DNA of 64,000 nucleotides from Eledone cirrhosa (lineage: Eukaryota). The notes under the pieces are model-generated. The model was not told the DNA's origin, ran no database searches, and was given only the letters and a program-made list of their open reading frames with translations. Of this stretch, positions 48,354-63,355 are shown in pieces (positions within the stretch are counted from its first letter, which is position 1; each line of letters opens with the position of its first letter). The stretch spans positions 241,490,001 to 241,554,000 of the forward strand of contig OZ024743.1 in NCBI GenBank assembly GCA_964016885.1. The letters are read 5' to 3'. Made by a program: the position numbers and the translations under genes.

Positions 48354-51300
48354 ACAACAGTAACAACAACAATGAAAGCAATGTCAACAGCAGCAATAAC
48401 AAGAACAACACCAACCACAATAGTAACAACAACAATGAAACCAATGTCAACAGCAGCAATAACAACAACAACAATACCCACAACAGTAACAACAACTGCA
48501 ATGAAAGCAATGTCAACAGCAGCAATAACAACAACAACAATAACCACAACAGTAACAACAACTGCAATGAAAGCAATGGCAACAGCAGCAATAACAACAA
48601 CAACAACAACCACAACGGTAACAACAACAATGAAAGCAATGTCAACAGCAGCAATAACAACAACAACACCAACCACAACAGTAACAACAACAATGAAAGC
48701 AATGGCAACAGCAGCAATAACAACAACAACAACAACCACAACAGTAGCAACAACAATGAAACCAATGTCAACAGCAGCAATAACAACAACAACACCAACC
48801 ACAACAGTAACAACAACAATGAAAGCAATGTCAACAGCAGCAATAACTACAACAACACCAAACACAACAGTAACAACAACAATGAAAGCAATGTCAACAG
48901 CAGCAATAACAACAACAACACTAACCACAACAGTAACAACAACAATGAAAGCAATGTCAACAGCAGCAATAACACCAACAGCACCAACCACAACAGTAAC
49001 AACAACTGCAATGAAACCAATGTTAACAGCAGCAATAACAACAACAACACCAACCACAACAGTAACAACAACAAAGAAAGCAATGTCAACAGCAGCAACA
49101 ACAACAACAACACCAACTACAACAGTAACAACAACAATGAAAGCAATGTCAACAGCAGCAATAACAACAACAACACCAACCACATCAATAACAACAACTG
49201 CAATGAAACCAATGTCAACAGCAGCAATAACAACAACAACACCAACCACAACAGTAACAACAACAATGAAAGCAATGTCAACAGCAGCAATAACAAAGAT
49301 AACACCAACCACAACAGTAACAACAACAATGAAAGCAATTTCAACAGCAGCAATAACAACAACATCACCAACCACAACAGTAACAACAACAACAATGAAA
49401 GCAATGTCAACAGCAGCAATAACAACAACAACGCCAACCACAACAGTAACAACAACAATGAAAGCAATGTCAACAGCAGCAATAACAACAACAACAACAA
49501 CCACAACAGTAACAACAACAATGAAAGCAATGTCAACAGCAGCAATAACAACAACAACACCAACCACAACAGTAACAAAAACAATGAAAGCAATGTCAAC
49601 AGCAGCAATAACGACAACAACACCAACCACAACAGTAACAACAACTGCAATGAAAGCAATGTCAACAGCAGCAATAACAACAACAACACCAACCACAATA
49701 GTAACAACAACAATGAAACCAATGTACCCAGCAGCAATAACAACAACAACACCAACCACAACAGTAACAACAACAATGAAAGCAATGTCAAGAGCAGCAA
49801 TAACAACAACGACACCAACCACAACAGTAACAACAACAACAATGAAACCAATGTCACCAGCAGCAATAACAACAACAACACCAACCACAACAGTAACAAC
49901 AACAATGAAAGCAATGTCAACAGCAGCAATAACAACAACGACACCAACCACAACAGTAACAACAACAACAATGAAACCAATGTCAACAGCAGTAATAATA
50001 ACAACAACACCAACCACAACAGTAACAACAGCAATGAAACCAATGTCAACAGCAGCAATAACAACAACAACACCAACCACAATAGTAACAACAACAATGA
50101 AACCAATGTCAACAGCAGCAATAACAACAACAACAATACTCACAACAGTAACAACAACTGCAATGAAAGCAATGTCAACAGCAGCAATAACAACAACAAC
50201 AATAACCACAACAGTAACAACAACTGCAATGAAAGCAATGGCAACAGCAGCAATAACAACAACAACAACAACCACAACAGTAACAACAACAATGAAAGCA
50301 ATGTCAACAGCAGCAATAACAACAACAACACCAACCACAACAGTAACAACAACAATGAAAACAATGGCAACAGCAGCAATAACAACAACAACAACAACCA
50401 CAACAGTAGCAACAACAATGAAACCAATGTCAACAGCAGCAATAACAACAACAACACCAACCACAACAGTAACAACAACAATGAAAGCAATGTCAACAGC
50501 AGCAATAACAACAACAACACCAACCACAACAGTAACAACAACAATGAAAGCAATGTCAACAGCAGCAATAACACCAACAGCACCAACCACAACAGTAACA
50601 ACAACTGCAATGAAACCAATGTCAACAGCAGCAATAACAACAACAACACCAACCACAACAGTAACAACAACAAAGAAAGCAATGTCAACAGCAGCAACAA
50701 CAACAACAACACCAACTACAACAGTAACAACAACAATGAAAGCAATGTCAACAGCAGCAATAACAACAACAACAACAACCACAACAGTAACAACAACAAC
50801 AACACCAACCACAACAGTAACAACAACAATGAAAGCAATGTCCTCAGCAGCAGTAACAACAACAACACCAACCACAACAGTAACAACAATAATGAAAGCA
50901 ATGCCAACAGCAGCAATAACAACAACAACTCCAACCACAACAGTAACAACAACAATGAAAGCAATGTCACAGCAGCAATAATAACAACAACAATAACCAC
51001 AACGGTAACAACAACAATGAAAGCAATGTCAACAGCAGCAATAACAACAACAACACCAACCACAACAGTAACAACAACAATCAAAGCAATGTCAACAGCA
51101 GCAATAACAACAACAACACCAACCACAACAGTAACAACAACAATGAAAGCAATGCCAACAGCAGCAATAACAACAACAACAATAACCACAACAGTAACAA
51201 CAACAATGAAAGCAATGTCAACAGCAGCAATAACAACAACAACAATAACCACAACAGTAACAACAAAAATGAAACCAATGTCAACAGCAGCAATAACAAC

Positions 51301-51492
51301 AACAACACCAACCACAACAGTAACAACAACAACAATGAAAGCAATGTCAACAGCAGCAATAACAACAACAACACCAACCACAACAGTAACAACAACAATG
51401 AAAGCAATGTCAACAGCAGCAATAACAACAACAACACCAACCACAACTTTAACAACAACAATGAAAGCAATGTCAACAGCAGCAATAACAAC

Positions 51493-51526
<34 letters not shown>

Positions 51527-54035
51527 ACAACAGTAACAACAACAATGAAAGCAATGTCAACAGCAGCAATAACAACAACACCAACCACAACAGTAACAAC
51601 AACAATGAAAGCAATGTCAATAGCAGCAATAACAACAACAACAACAGCAACAACAACAACAATGAAAGCAATGTCAACAGCAGCAACAACAACAACAACA
51701 ATAACAACAACAATAGCAACAACAATGAAAGCAATGTCAACAGCAGCAATAACAACAACAACAATGACAACCACAACAGGAACAACAACAATGAAAGCAA
51801 TGTCAACAGCAGCAATAACAACAACAACACCAACCACAACAGTAACAACAACAACACCAACCACAACTGTAACAACAACAATGAAAGCAATATCAACAGC
51901 AGCAATAACAACAACAACACCAAACACAACAGTAACAACAACAATGAAAGCAATGTCAACAGCAGCAATAACAACAACAACACCAACCACAACTGAAACA
52001 ACAACAATGAAAGCAATGTCAACAGCAGCAATAACAATAACAACAACAACCACAACAGTAACAACATCAATGAAAGCAATGTCAACAGCAGCAATAAAAA
52101 CAACTACACCAACCACAACTGTAACAACAACAATGAAAGCAATGTCAACAGCAGCAATTACAACAACAACAACAACAACAACAGTAACATCAACAATGAA
52201 AGCTATGTCAACAGCAGCAATAACAACAACAACACCAACCACAACAGTAACAACAACAGCAACACCAACCACAACAGTAACAACAACAATGAAAGCAATG
52301 TCAACAGCCACAATAACAACAACAACAATAACCACAACAGTAACAACAACAATGAGAGCAATGTCAACAGCAGCAATAACAACAACATCACCAACCACAA
52401 CAGTAACAACAACAACAATGAAAGCAATGACGACAGCAGCAATAACAACAACAACAACACCAACCACAACAGCAACAACAACAACAATGAAAGCAATGAC
52501 AACAGCAGCAATAACAACAACAACACCAACCACAACAGTAACAACAACAATGAACGCAATGTCAACAGCAGCAATAACAACAACAACACCAACCACAACA
52601 GTAACAACAACTGCAATGAAAGCAATGTCAACAGCAGCAATAACAACAACACCAACCACAACAGTAACAACAACTGCAATGAAACCAATGTCAACAGCAG
52701 CAATAACAACAACACCACCAACCACAACAGGAACAACAACAACAATGAAAGCAATGTCAACAGCAGCAATAACAACAACAACAACAACCACAACAGTAAC
52801 AACAACAATGAAACCAATGTCAACAGCAGCAATAACAACAACAACACCAACCACAACAGTAACAACAACAACAATGAAAGCAATGTCAGCAGCAGCAATA
52901 ACAACAACAACACCAACCACAACAGTAACAACAACAATGTAACCAATGTCAACAGCAACAACAACAACAATGAAAGCAATGTCAGCAGCAGCAATAACAA
53001 CAACAACACCAACCACAACAGTAACAACAACAATGAAAGCAATGTCAACAGCAGCAATAACAACAACAACAACAACAACCACAACAGTAACAACAACAAT
53101 GAAAGCAATGTCAACAGCAGCAATAACAACAACAAGAACAACCACAACAGTAACAACAACAATGAAAGCAATGTCAACAGCAGCAATAACAACAACAACA
53201 CCAACCACAACAGTAACAACAACAATGAAACCAATGTCAACAGCAGCAATAACAACAACAACAACAACAACAACCACAACAGTAACAACAACAATGAAAG
53301 CAATGTCAACAGCAGCAATAACAACAACAACAACAACAACCACAACAGTAACAACAACAATGAAAGCAATGTCAACAGCAGCAATAACAACAACAACAAC
53401 AACCACAACAGTAACAACAACAATGAAACCAATGTCAACAGCAGCAATAACAACAACAACAACAACAACCACAACAGTAACAACAACAATGAAAGCAATG
53501 TCAACAGCAGCAATAACAACAACAACATCAACCACAACAGTAACAACAACAATGAAACCAATGTCAACAGCAGCAATAACAACAACAACACCAACTCCAA
53601 CAGTAACAACAACAACAATGAAAGCAATGTCAACAGCAGCAATAACAACAACAACACCAACCACAACAGTAACAACAACAACAATGAAAGCAATGTCAAC
53701 ACCAGCAATAACAACAACAACACCAACCACAACAGTAACAACAACAATGAAAGCAATGTCACCAGCAGCAATAACAACAACAACACCAACCACAACAGTA
53801 ACAACAACAACAATGAAAGCAATGTCAACAGCAGCAATAACAACAACACCAACCACAACAGTAACAACAACAATGAAACCAATGTCAACAGCAGCAATAA
53901 CAACAACAACACCAACCACAACAGTAACAACAACAATGAAACCAATGTCAACAGCAGCAATAACAACAACAACACCAACCACAACAGTAACAACAACAAT
54001 GACAGCAATGTCACCAGCAGCAATAACAACAACTG
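43100..54035 (+). repeat. ~57-63-bp tandem array, about 11 kb, with higher-order duplications
   Basis: Unit atgaaagcaatgtcaacagcagcaata(aca)n ccaaccacaacagta(aca)n. The rare 1-bp deletion variant atgtcacagc occurs at 47791 and 50964. Confidence 0.97.
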
Positions 54036-54069
54036 CGAGAAGAACGTCAACAAGAAACTGAGAAAGAGT

Positions 54070-54290
54070 TATAATTATTTCTTCTATAAAGACAGGGCCA
54101 ACCATTTTGAGAAGAGGAAAATGGATTAATTCGACCCCAATGCGTTACTGTTACTTTATTTTATCGACCCTGTAAGCATGAGGGTCAAAGTTAATCTCGG
54201 CTAGATTTGAAATCAGAACGTAAAGGGCCGTAATTCTATGTTGCAATGCATATTGTCCGACGCTTTACCTATACTGCCAATCCATCGCCC
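54070..54290 (-). mobile_element. SINE family 1, older and longer variant
   Basis: Diverged reverse complement with an extra segment between the ctgg hairpin and the tail. Confidence 0.75.
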
Positions 54291-54475
54291 TAAACATAAA
54301 GAAGTATAATGAAGCAGACACAATTCCTTTAGCAAGTTCTACCAGTTTTGTTAAATATATAAGTAGTCCTACATTTCAAACTGACTTTTGGGATCAGATA
54401 ATCATAGTGTGTAATAGTTTTGATTCCGTAATACAAACACACGCACATACGCACACACGCACACACAAACACACA

Positions 54476-54580
<105 letters not shown>

Positions 54581-54588
54581 ACACACAC

Positions 54589-54677
<89 letters not shown>

Positions 54678-54788
54678 TATGTATGTATGGTTGGCAAAAT
54701 CACTGATGAGGGACTAATTTTATAATATGTAATCCATGTGAAACCATGCAGTATTCTTCTTCCCCTTGTTTTTCATATGTATATATCT

Positions 54789-54831
<43 letters not shown>

Positions 54832-54837
<6 letters not shown>

Positions 54838-55295
54838 ATTAAATAAATGGAAACTATATTTATAAAACCATATTTATTTCATTATATATATTTCAGGGAT
54901 ATCATATTAACAATATGTTATGCCTTCATCAGACAAAATACAATATAAACAGTCTTATAAATAAATAGATATGACATACCTTTCAATCGACTTGCATTTG
55001 GGAAGTTGATTTAGCAGTTACTGCCAAATCAACTTCCCAAATGCAAGTCGATTGAAAGGTATGTCATATCTATTTATTTATAAGACTGTTTATATTGTAT
55101 TTTGTCTGATGAAGGCATAACATATTGTTAATATGATATCCCTGAAATATATATAATGAAATAAATATGGTTTTATAAATATAGTTTCCATTTATTTAAT
55201 ATCATAAATATACTCCAAATACTTGTTGAGTGCTTTTATATCAGTTATAAATATTTACTCGTTGTTAACCCAACAATTTAAATATAACTTTCCAT
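54832..55295 (+). mobile_element. Fold-back element: 187-bp near-perfect inverted repeat with a hammerhead fold in each arm
   Basis: Arms at 54832-55018 and 55020-55206 with a 1-nt centre. The right arm continues for about 90 bp. (TA)n on both flanks. Confidence 0.85.
55098..55163 (+). ncRNA. Type I hammerhead ribozyme fold (mirror copy on the - strand at about 54875-54940)
   Basis: TATTTTGT-CTGATGA-AGG...CCT-GAAA-T-atat-ATA-ATGAAATA: 8-bp stem I with two G-U pairs, AGG/CCT at the base of stem II, palindromic stem III and an AUA site. Confidence 0.7.
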
Positions 55296-55427
55296 GTATA
55301 TATATATATATATATATATAGACAGTTCAAGAGTAACCAATCTTAAAGAGATAGATGGAGATAGTAGAGGAGATATGAGAGGAATTGTGAAATTTGTGAA
55401 ATTTGTGGTCTTGTTTTGCTTAACTAA

Positions 55428-55486
<59 letters not shown>

Positions 55487-55514
55487 AACTATATATGTAT
55501 GTATATCTATATAT

Positions 55515-55765
55515 AGTGCCTTTGCTCACTATAAAAGCTTCACGGCACAGGCATTGCTTTATATCTGGAGATCTCTCTGCACTTGTCGTCACATGGTACC
55601 ATGGGCCCAGCACTATGTGTCAATAATTGTCACAAGTGTAGTGTTTGTAACAGAGTTTTCAAGTCGCTGGCTGGACTAAAAAGTCACACTCGTTCAGCGC
55701 ATCGGTAGGAGTTCTCCTACATGGATATAAAGTAGTGGCCGTACTCGAAGACGAGTTGGCAGCCA

Positions 55766-55768
<3 letters not shown>
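55515..55768 (+). mobile_element. RTE-type LINE 3' end, same family as 16728-16980
   Basis: 55631-55708 encodes HKCSVCNRVFKSLAGLKSHTRSAHR* (C2H2 finger), followed by a short 3'UTR hairpin ctcg-aaga-cgag and then (TA)n. Confidence 0.75.
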
Positions 55769-55803
<35 letters not shown>

Positions 55804-55992
55804 TTACATACATATATGTGTGTATGTGTGTGCGCTTGTATGTGCATGTGCATGTGCATGTGCATGTGTGTGTGTGTGTGTGTGTGCATGTACGTAAAGT
55901 TATCTTCATCATTTCGTCTAAAAGAATGACAGGAATAGAAATATAATTCAAGATCAAGAGACAGAAGAATGCGAATTTAAACGTTAGCGCAG

Positions 55993-56026
<34 letters not shown>

Positions 56027-56061
56027 CGCACACACACACACACTCACACACACACACACAG

Positions 56062-56144
<83 letters not shown>

Positions 56145-56150
56145 TGTGTG

Positions 56151-56181
<31 letters not shown>

Positions 56182-56577
56182 GTGTATATATATATATATG
56201 TATATATACATACATAGACACGCCAAATGAATAAAAGAATGCGCAAAGAATAAAAGAGTAGGAAGAAAATCAGTGAATGATAGAATATAATGTGTAAAGA
56301 ACAATTGAAAGTTTGTATTGAGTGTCTATAATTTGGCGATTGTTCATATTTCAGAGTTGATGCTTCAAAGGTGACTATTTCCTCATTGAGGAATGAGTAG
56401 AGTTGGAATGGAGGCAAAAGTGTTGCTGTAGTTTTGACGGTATATCTTTGTTTCCATATATACATAAGTGTATGTGCTTCCGTATGTGAGCCTGGTATGT
56501 CTATATATGCGAATATATATATATATAATACATTATATATATATAATGTGTACATATATATATATATATATATAATG

Positions 56578-56647
<70 letters not shown>

Positions 56648-56814
56648 GTGTGCGTCTGTGTGTACGTTTGTATGTGTGAGTGTTTGTATGTGTGAGTGCA
56701 TGTGTGGATGCGTTCGTATGTGACTTTGTGCTGTGGAATTAGAGACATTTGTATAAGCATGTAAATATATATTAAGTGTATAGAATTGTGTATTTATATG
56801 TTTATTATATCTTT

Positions 56815-56900
<86 letters not shown>

Positions 56901-56910
56901 TATATATATG

Positions 56911-56974
<64 letters not shown>

Positions 56975-57260
56975 TTTCTCTATATAGCATCGGTTGTAAC
57001 GCTGATACTGGGTATTGTAGCGCACAACTGAAGAAATCAAAGAACGTGAATGATATGTATGTGCATATGTGTGAATTTTACAAGTGTGTTCTGTCAAAAT
57101 GTGTGAGCATGCGTGTCTGTGGAGTCGTCCGCGGTTCTTTGACGGAGATTGTACAATAGCACATCAACCAAAATACAATTTAAAACAAAAGACTGATATG
57201 TTTGAATGAGTAATTGCGTCTCTAGTACAGCGAACAAACGGCGTTGTACGTATGTTTCTG

Positions 57261-57359
<99 letters not shown>

Positions 57360-57384
57360 GTGTGTGTGTGTCTGTATATTTGTA

Positions 57385-58045
57385 TATGTATGTGCAGGTA
57401 TGTATGCACCTACGTGTGTACGTATGTATGTATGTATGTATGCATGTATGCATGTATGTATGTATGTATGTATGCATGTATGTATGTATGTATGTATGCA
57501 TGTATGTATGCATGTATGCATGTATGTATGTATGTATGCATGCATGCATGTATGTATGTATGTATGTATGTATGTATGTATGCATGTATGTATGTATGTA
57601 TGTATGCATGTATGTATGCATGTATGTATGTAGGTATGTATGTATGTATGTATGTATGTATGCATGTATGTATGCATGTATGTATGTATGTATGTATGTA
57701 TGTATGTATGTATGTATGTATGTATGCATGCATGTATGTATGTATGTATGTATGTATGTATGTATGTATGTATGTATGTATGTATGCATGTATGTATGCA
57801 TGTATGTAGGTATGTATGTATGTATGTATGTATGTATGTATGTATGCATGCATGTATGTATGTATGTATGTATGTATGTATGTATGTATGTATGTATGTA
57901 TGTATGCATGTATGTATGCATGTATGTATGTATGTATGTATGTATGTATGTATGTATGTATGCATGTATGTATGCATGTATGTAGGTATGTATGTATGTA
58001 TGTATGTATGTATGTATGTATGTATGTATGTATCTATGTATGTAT
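57385..58045 (+). repeat. (TATG)n/(CATG) tetranucleotide array
   Basis: Seen directly in the sequence. All overlapping MYVC/HTYI ORFs are artefacts. Confidence 0.95.
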
Positions 58046-58535
58046 GGGGATAGCTGTGCATCAATAACATTCCGAAACGACTTTAAGTTACTTTCTAGAT
58101 CAATAGTTCCCAAGCGCGTCAGTATCGCCATCTCGCATTTAGGAAACATGAAGGGCCTGGTTAGTTAAACTATATTAAGGGGCATGATAGAAGTGGTGAG
58201 CTAAATTAAATTCTGGTCTCATATTTAGGGATATCATGAAGTCAATATTATTGCTTCTGTTCTTCGTACATTGAGGTATATTGTGGTTTAAAACTGACAA
58301 CAAAGATGTGTAATAAACGAGGCCAAGCGGCAGAAATGCGTGCTAGTATACTGAAGGTGACATGAAAGCTAAATGCAACGATTTATATTGAATAAAAGTA
58401 ATGGAAAGCTTTTCTTCAGCCTCATCACTTCGACGACAACATATTTAATGTAAACAGATAGTAGGCTCACTCGAGAACTATGTTGTTTTTTAATATGATT
58501 AGAATAAGAATGCTTAAGATAACAGACATTGTTTA

Positions 58536-59720
58536 TTAATGTGATTCCTGTTGCTGATAACTACCAACAAGATTTACAATATTTGTGTCCTTAGTGATCT
58601 AGTTAATATACACGCTGCACTACCTCCATTTTGCTTCAATTCCAGGTCAAATTTGGGCTTACTACACTGAAGCACTAAAACCATTCTCCTGTATATATGA
58701 TGATAGAAAAGCAAAAATAGAAAATGCTTGGTTTTATAGAATACAGATAGTTTATGTTGCTGTGTGAATCCCATTTCACACAAACCTTTCATCGTTATTT
58801 TGTAAATAAATGACGCTCTCCTACTGTTCAATGCTTTGTTCTGTTTTACACACAAATGGATTCCATAACAGCCACCATTTATAGCAAAAGTGATCAGGCA
58901 TAAACTTCCGTGTTAGAAAACAAAAATTCAGTTTTTCGCCGAATAGAATAATTTGATTGTCATCAATATGTTCTCGTCACTAAAACTTAATGTGAATATG
59001 CTTTTCAATACATAGTAATGATTTTTTTTTTTTTTTTTAATAAACATTTGTTTTTAATTAATTCATTTATTTCAAAGTTAGCAAACACTTTAAAGAATAT
59101 CTGTTTTTACGTAGCGTCTCTTTTTAATGCATTCAAAACAATTTAAACGCCGTGAAAAAGAAAACATAAAAAATACTAGCTCATTATTTATTCCACCAGA
59201 CAAAGTTTTGACATATCATTGTATTATTTATTATTGCATGTAATTTCAGGCATTTTGTATGTCAAATATATTTTTCTTTTTTAATTTATATGAATTGTTT
59301 TCATAAAATACTATTAGATAAGATATTTTCACTGAAAAAGAGAAATTGGTTGCCCGTCATCTAAACGGTAGGGCAGTATGACCATGTTGCAAGTAGGTTA
59401 TGTAAGTACTACTTGGAACGATTTTAGCATTTTGAGGAATAGAAGGAAGAAATAGTATAACATTTAAAAACGTTTGAATTATTTGAGACATAGTAGATTT
59501 GTAACAGTAAATTAACAACGGCATACGTGGCTTCAGACAAAATCAGATGAAGGGAAACACGTACCTCTATATCTTCTCTACATTCAGAGAGTAGAAATCA
59601 AACATGGGCTTCACAGAACTAGCTCAGTCGACACATCAAATGACACCCCAGATAACAGACCTGCACTACATGTAGCCACCAGAATAGTTCTTATCTACAG
59701 TTACATAAAACTCAACCAAT
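58536..59720 (-). pseudogene. Fossil hAT (Charlie/Buster-type) transposase
   Basis: Minus-strand fragments SSYIQENGFSA and the terminal VNLVGSYQQQESH* resemble the FPSSYLxExGFS..HQxQxSH* C-terminus of Buster transposases. The upstream boundary is uncertain. Confidence 0.5.
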
Positions 59721-59816
59721 TGCGGAACTAAAGTCGTGGATCTCATTTATCACCGATAGACGAACATATATATATATCACACCTCATAATATTATATTAA
59801 TTAGAAAAAAGCTTTT

Positions 59817-59975
59817 AAGGCTATAAATTGGCAGAGTCATTTGGGTGGCGGATTAAAAGCGCTTTGGTATATATTCCTGTTCCCTGCGATCTGAGTTCAA
59901 GACACACCGAGGCCAGTTCTGCCTTTCAATTTTTCGAAGTCGATATATAATGTACCAAACTCTCCTGGCCTGTCT
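59817..59975 (+). mobile_element. Degenerate SINE family 1 copy
   Basis: ttggcagagtc...ctgagttcaagacacaccgagg...tgcctttca...gtcgata. Confidence 0.6.
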
Positions 59976-60412
59976 TTCTGTTTGTTTATTATTCGTTTTA
60001 CATGGAAGTAATCCCGAGAGAGATGCCCAAGGATCTCCACCATAAATTAAAAGTCAGATTCTATATTGTACGAACGCCATTTATCTGGTATACGAAAAAG
60101 CCGTTGAGTTTGTTACAGGATATGTTTATAGCATTAGTTATCCTTTCACACAATGAACTCTGTTAATCATGCTAAATAACGTTTCGTATAATTTTATCGA
60201 GAAGAAATTCGTTAGATGTATGCCTGCGGCTGTACAATATGGTCTGTGTATTAATGATTCGATACTTTTCTAGCTACGACATAGGATGGTTACACTTTCA
60301 CCTGAAGAAGGAAACAATTAGCTCTTGAACTGGTTCTTAAGCTATCGTGAACATGGTTTGCAAATACAAAATTGAGGTTGCGACCCCAATATTAATATTA
60401 CTGCTACTGCTG

Positions 60413-60448
<36 letters not shown>

Positions 60449-60488
60449 GTAGTAGTAGTAGTATTAGTAGTAGTAGTAGTAGTAGCAG

Positions 60489-60526
<38 letters not shown>

Positions 60527-60604
60527 TAGCAGTAATATTGTTTTACAGTGAGGAATCGGATGTCTTTTAGCATGCTCATTATAATTATTAAATATAATTC
60601 TAGA

Positions 60605-60652
<48 letters not shown>

Positions 60653-60709
60653 GTCTGTGTGCGCACGTGTGTGTGTGTGCGCGTGTGTGTGTGTATGTGT
60701 GTATGTGAT

Positions 60710-60835
<126 letters not shown>

Positions 60836-61093
60836 ACAAACTATATATTTATCTCTCTCTCTCTTTCTCTCTATCTTCCTCCTCCTCTCTCCCTCTCTCG
60901 TTCTCTCAATCTCTCTCCCCCCTCTCTCTCTATATATATACTTATATATAAAGGATGAGAAATTAAGCAAGAGACAGCCAAGTCCATACATAGAAATTTA
61001 TATATATATAATTCGACAAATAGGTAGATAGATAGATAGATAGAGAATTTGCTTTCATTTTGGTTTGAAGATAATTGTTGGAAGCAATGGATA

Positions 61094-61251
<158 letters not shown>

Positions 61252-62129
61252 ATGTTTATGATAAAAGAGTAACTAACGAGCTAACAAGTGAAGGGGGAAA
61301 CATGTGAGAAAAAATATATTTTGTGAAGAAACGAAAAAAATTAATAAAAGACAGATTTTTTATTAATGAAATGTCACGCACGTTATTAGTTTAGAGTGAA
61401 AAATGTCTGGAATTATCTTAAAAGTCATAGCCTTAATGGAGTTAAGAAACTCTCTAGATGCAATTCCTTTGTGGAAGTTTCAACCTTGTCTTTCAAAGAG
61501 AAATAATGCAATGAAATATAGTTTAAATTGCATTCATTAATTATAAATATATTTGATTATTCTTTGGATTAGTCCTACGAAAGAGATTACTAACCAGAAG
61601 TCGAGATTATGTGAAAAGTATACAAGTTTTGCTGATACCTTCTCAACCTTAGTAGCCTGCATCCTCTATCAATAATACCACCACAAACATTACCAATAAC
61701 ACCACTAACCACACCACTACATGTAATACCAACCAATCTCCTGCTACTATCTCCCCACCAACACGAACAGCATCACTAACCAATCTCGTTACTACTAAAA
61801 CCACACAACTGACATCAGCAACCAGCCACACTACTATTAGCATCACACCACCACCGACAACAACACGCTAACACCACACCGGCATAAACCTCAGTACCGC
61901 GAATTTAGACCATTTTTTACCACCACTATAACATCTGTATCCCACCACCAAACAACAACTTTCTGTCTTATCATCACCTCAACATTTAATGTGAGACATT
62001 CTATCACCTTTACTAATCCATCTATGACGGTGAAGATGATGATGATGATATTTATTATGATGATAACGATGACGCTGAGGACAATAACGATGATGGTGTT
62101 GGTGGTGGGGTCATCTGTCGGTTTCACCT

Positions 62130-62370
62130 ATGAGCATTTGGTTGTTCAATAAACTAAATGTCAAGCTCCCGAGTTAATGTGCATATGACCCAGTATTCCA
62201 CAGACACGTGTAGTCTTAACGTAAGTTTGCGTTCGTATTAGAATGTCAATATAGGACAAACCTGGACCTTTCAATTACAAATACAATCCAGCCCACGTTC
62301 TCTTGGACAGTTTCCGTCCGTCAGTTGGATTGAACCTGGTATCTTATGATTATGAGGCTACATTCTTAGT
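62130..62370 (-). mobile_element. Degenerate SINE family 2-like copy
   Basis: Reverse complement has ggttcaatcc and cgtgtctgtggaatact..cacattaac, matching 2910-2945. Confidence 0.5.
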
Positions 62371-63059
62371 GTTATAGGGGTAGATATATATAACTGATTT
62401 GGGAAGAAAAATAACGGTCATCAATTATGGTGCAGCTCATAGATATCGATTGTGCGTGGGAGAATATATATTGGTGTCTTGTTTAGCATAGGAAGCTGTG
62501 CAAATTTGACATTTACACACACATATATATATACACACACATACACACACGTACACACACACACATACGTACACACACACGAAGGTCTCTAATGTTTATA
62601 CAGCCTATAGTCTGTCAAATGAAATTATATCCATTATATATATATGTTCTCATATTTAATCTTATTTTAGCTTCGCGATAAAGTAATCTCTGGAGTATAA
62701 AATATGTTTTGTAATGTTTATGTATAAAGAACCTAATTCAATTTCCCAGTCCTAATACAGAGTCGTACTGGGTTTTTTCTCTTTCCAGGAATTACCAATG
62801 TATTTGGTTTCTTCAGATAGAGAGAGAGAAAAAAATAAAAGAATTAATTTCTTGAAATAACAACACTTACTCTAAGACAAGTAGAAAAAGAAACAGTTTG
62901 TCATAGGAAAAATAAGTGTAGATTTTTCAATGTGTCTGTGCATTGCATGTGTCCCTGTATGTTCGTGCACGTGTCTGCGTGTCTGAGTGTGTATGTATGT
63001 GTTTGTGTGTGCGTGTATATGTTTGTTTCCGCCTGTTATATTTGTTTGGACGCTGCATA

Positions 63060-63355
63060 ACTGAATGTTTAAGATATTTGCTTCACACTCACAATATTCC
63101 CGATTCGATCCCACGGCATAGCGTCTTGGTGAAGTGTCTCAGGTTGACCAAAGACTTATGAATGATGTTGGGGAGATGGAATCTGCATGGAAAATAATCG
63201 GATGGATTTTACCTGTAATTAAAAAGTCTAGCCTTGTTTAGACTGACTCTACTTGAATATTATATTATGGACACACGTGTCTATGGAATACTCAACCACA
63301 TACTAATTTAATGAGACTTTTGTTCATATGGTAATCCCGTCGTCGTATTCACCGG
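63060..63355 (+). mobile_element. Degenerate SINE family 2-like copy
   Basis: B-box-like gattcgatccc, plus cacgtgtctatggaatactcaaccac and cgtcgtcgta as in 2910-3000. Confidence 0.5.

Noticed and set aside
43036-54105. Mucin-like MKAMSTAAITTTT ORFs and antisense poly-Val/Leu ORFs
   Set aside because: Thr is encoded almost only by ACA, the frame is broken by stops (45460, 52940) and 1-bp shifts (about 44840, 47797, 50970), and both strands are open. This is a satellite artefact.
60295-60340. CTGAAGA..GAAAC hammerhead-like string
   Set aside because: No stem II or stem I pairing could be built.
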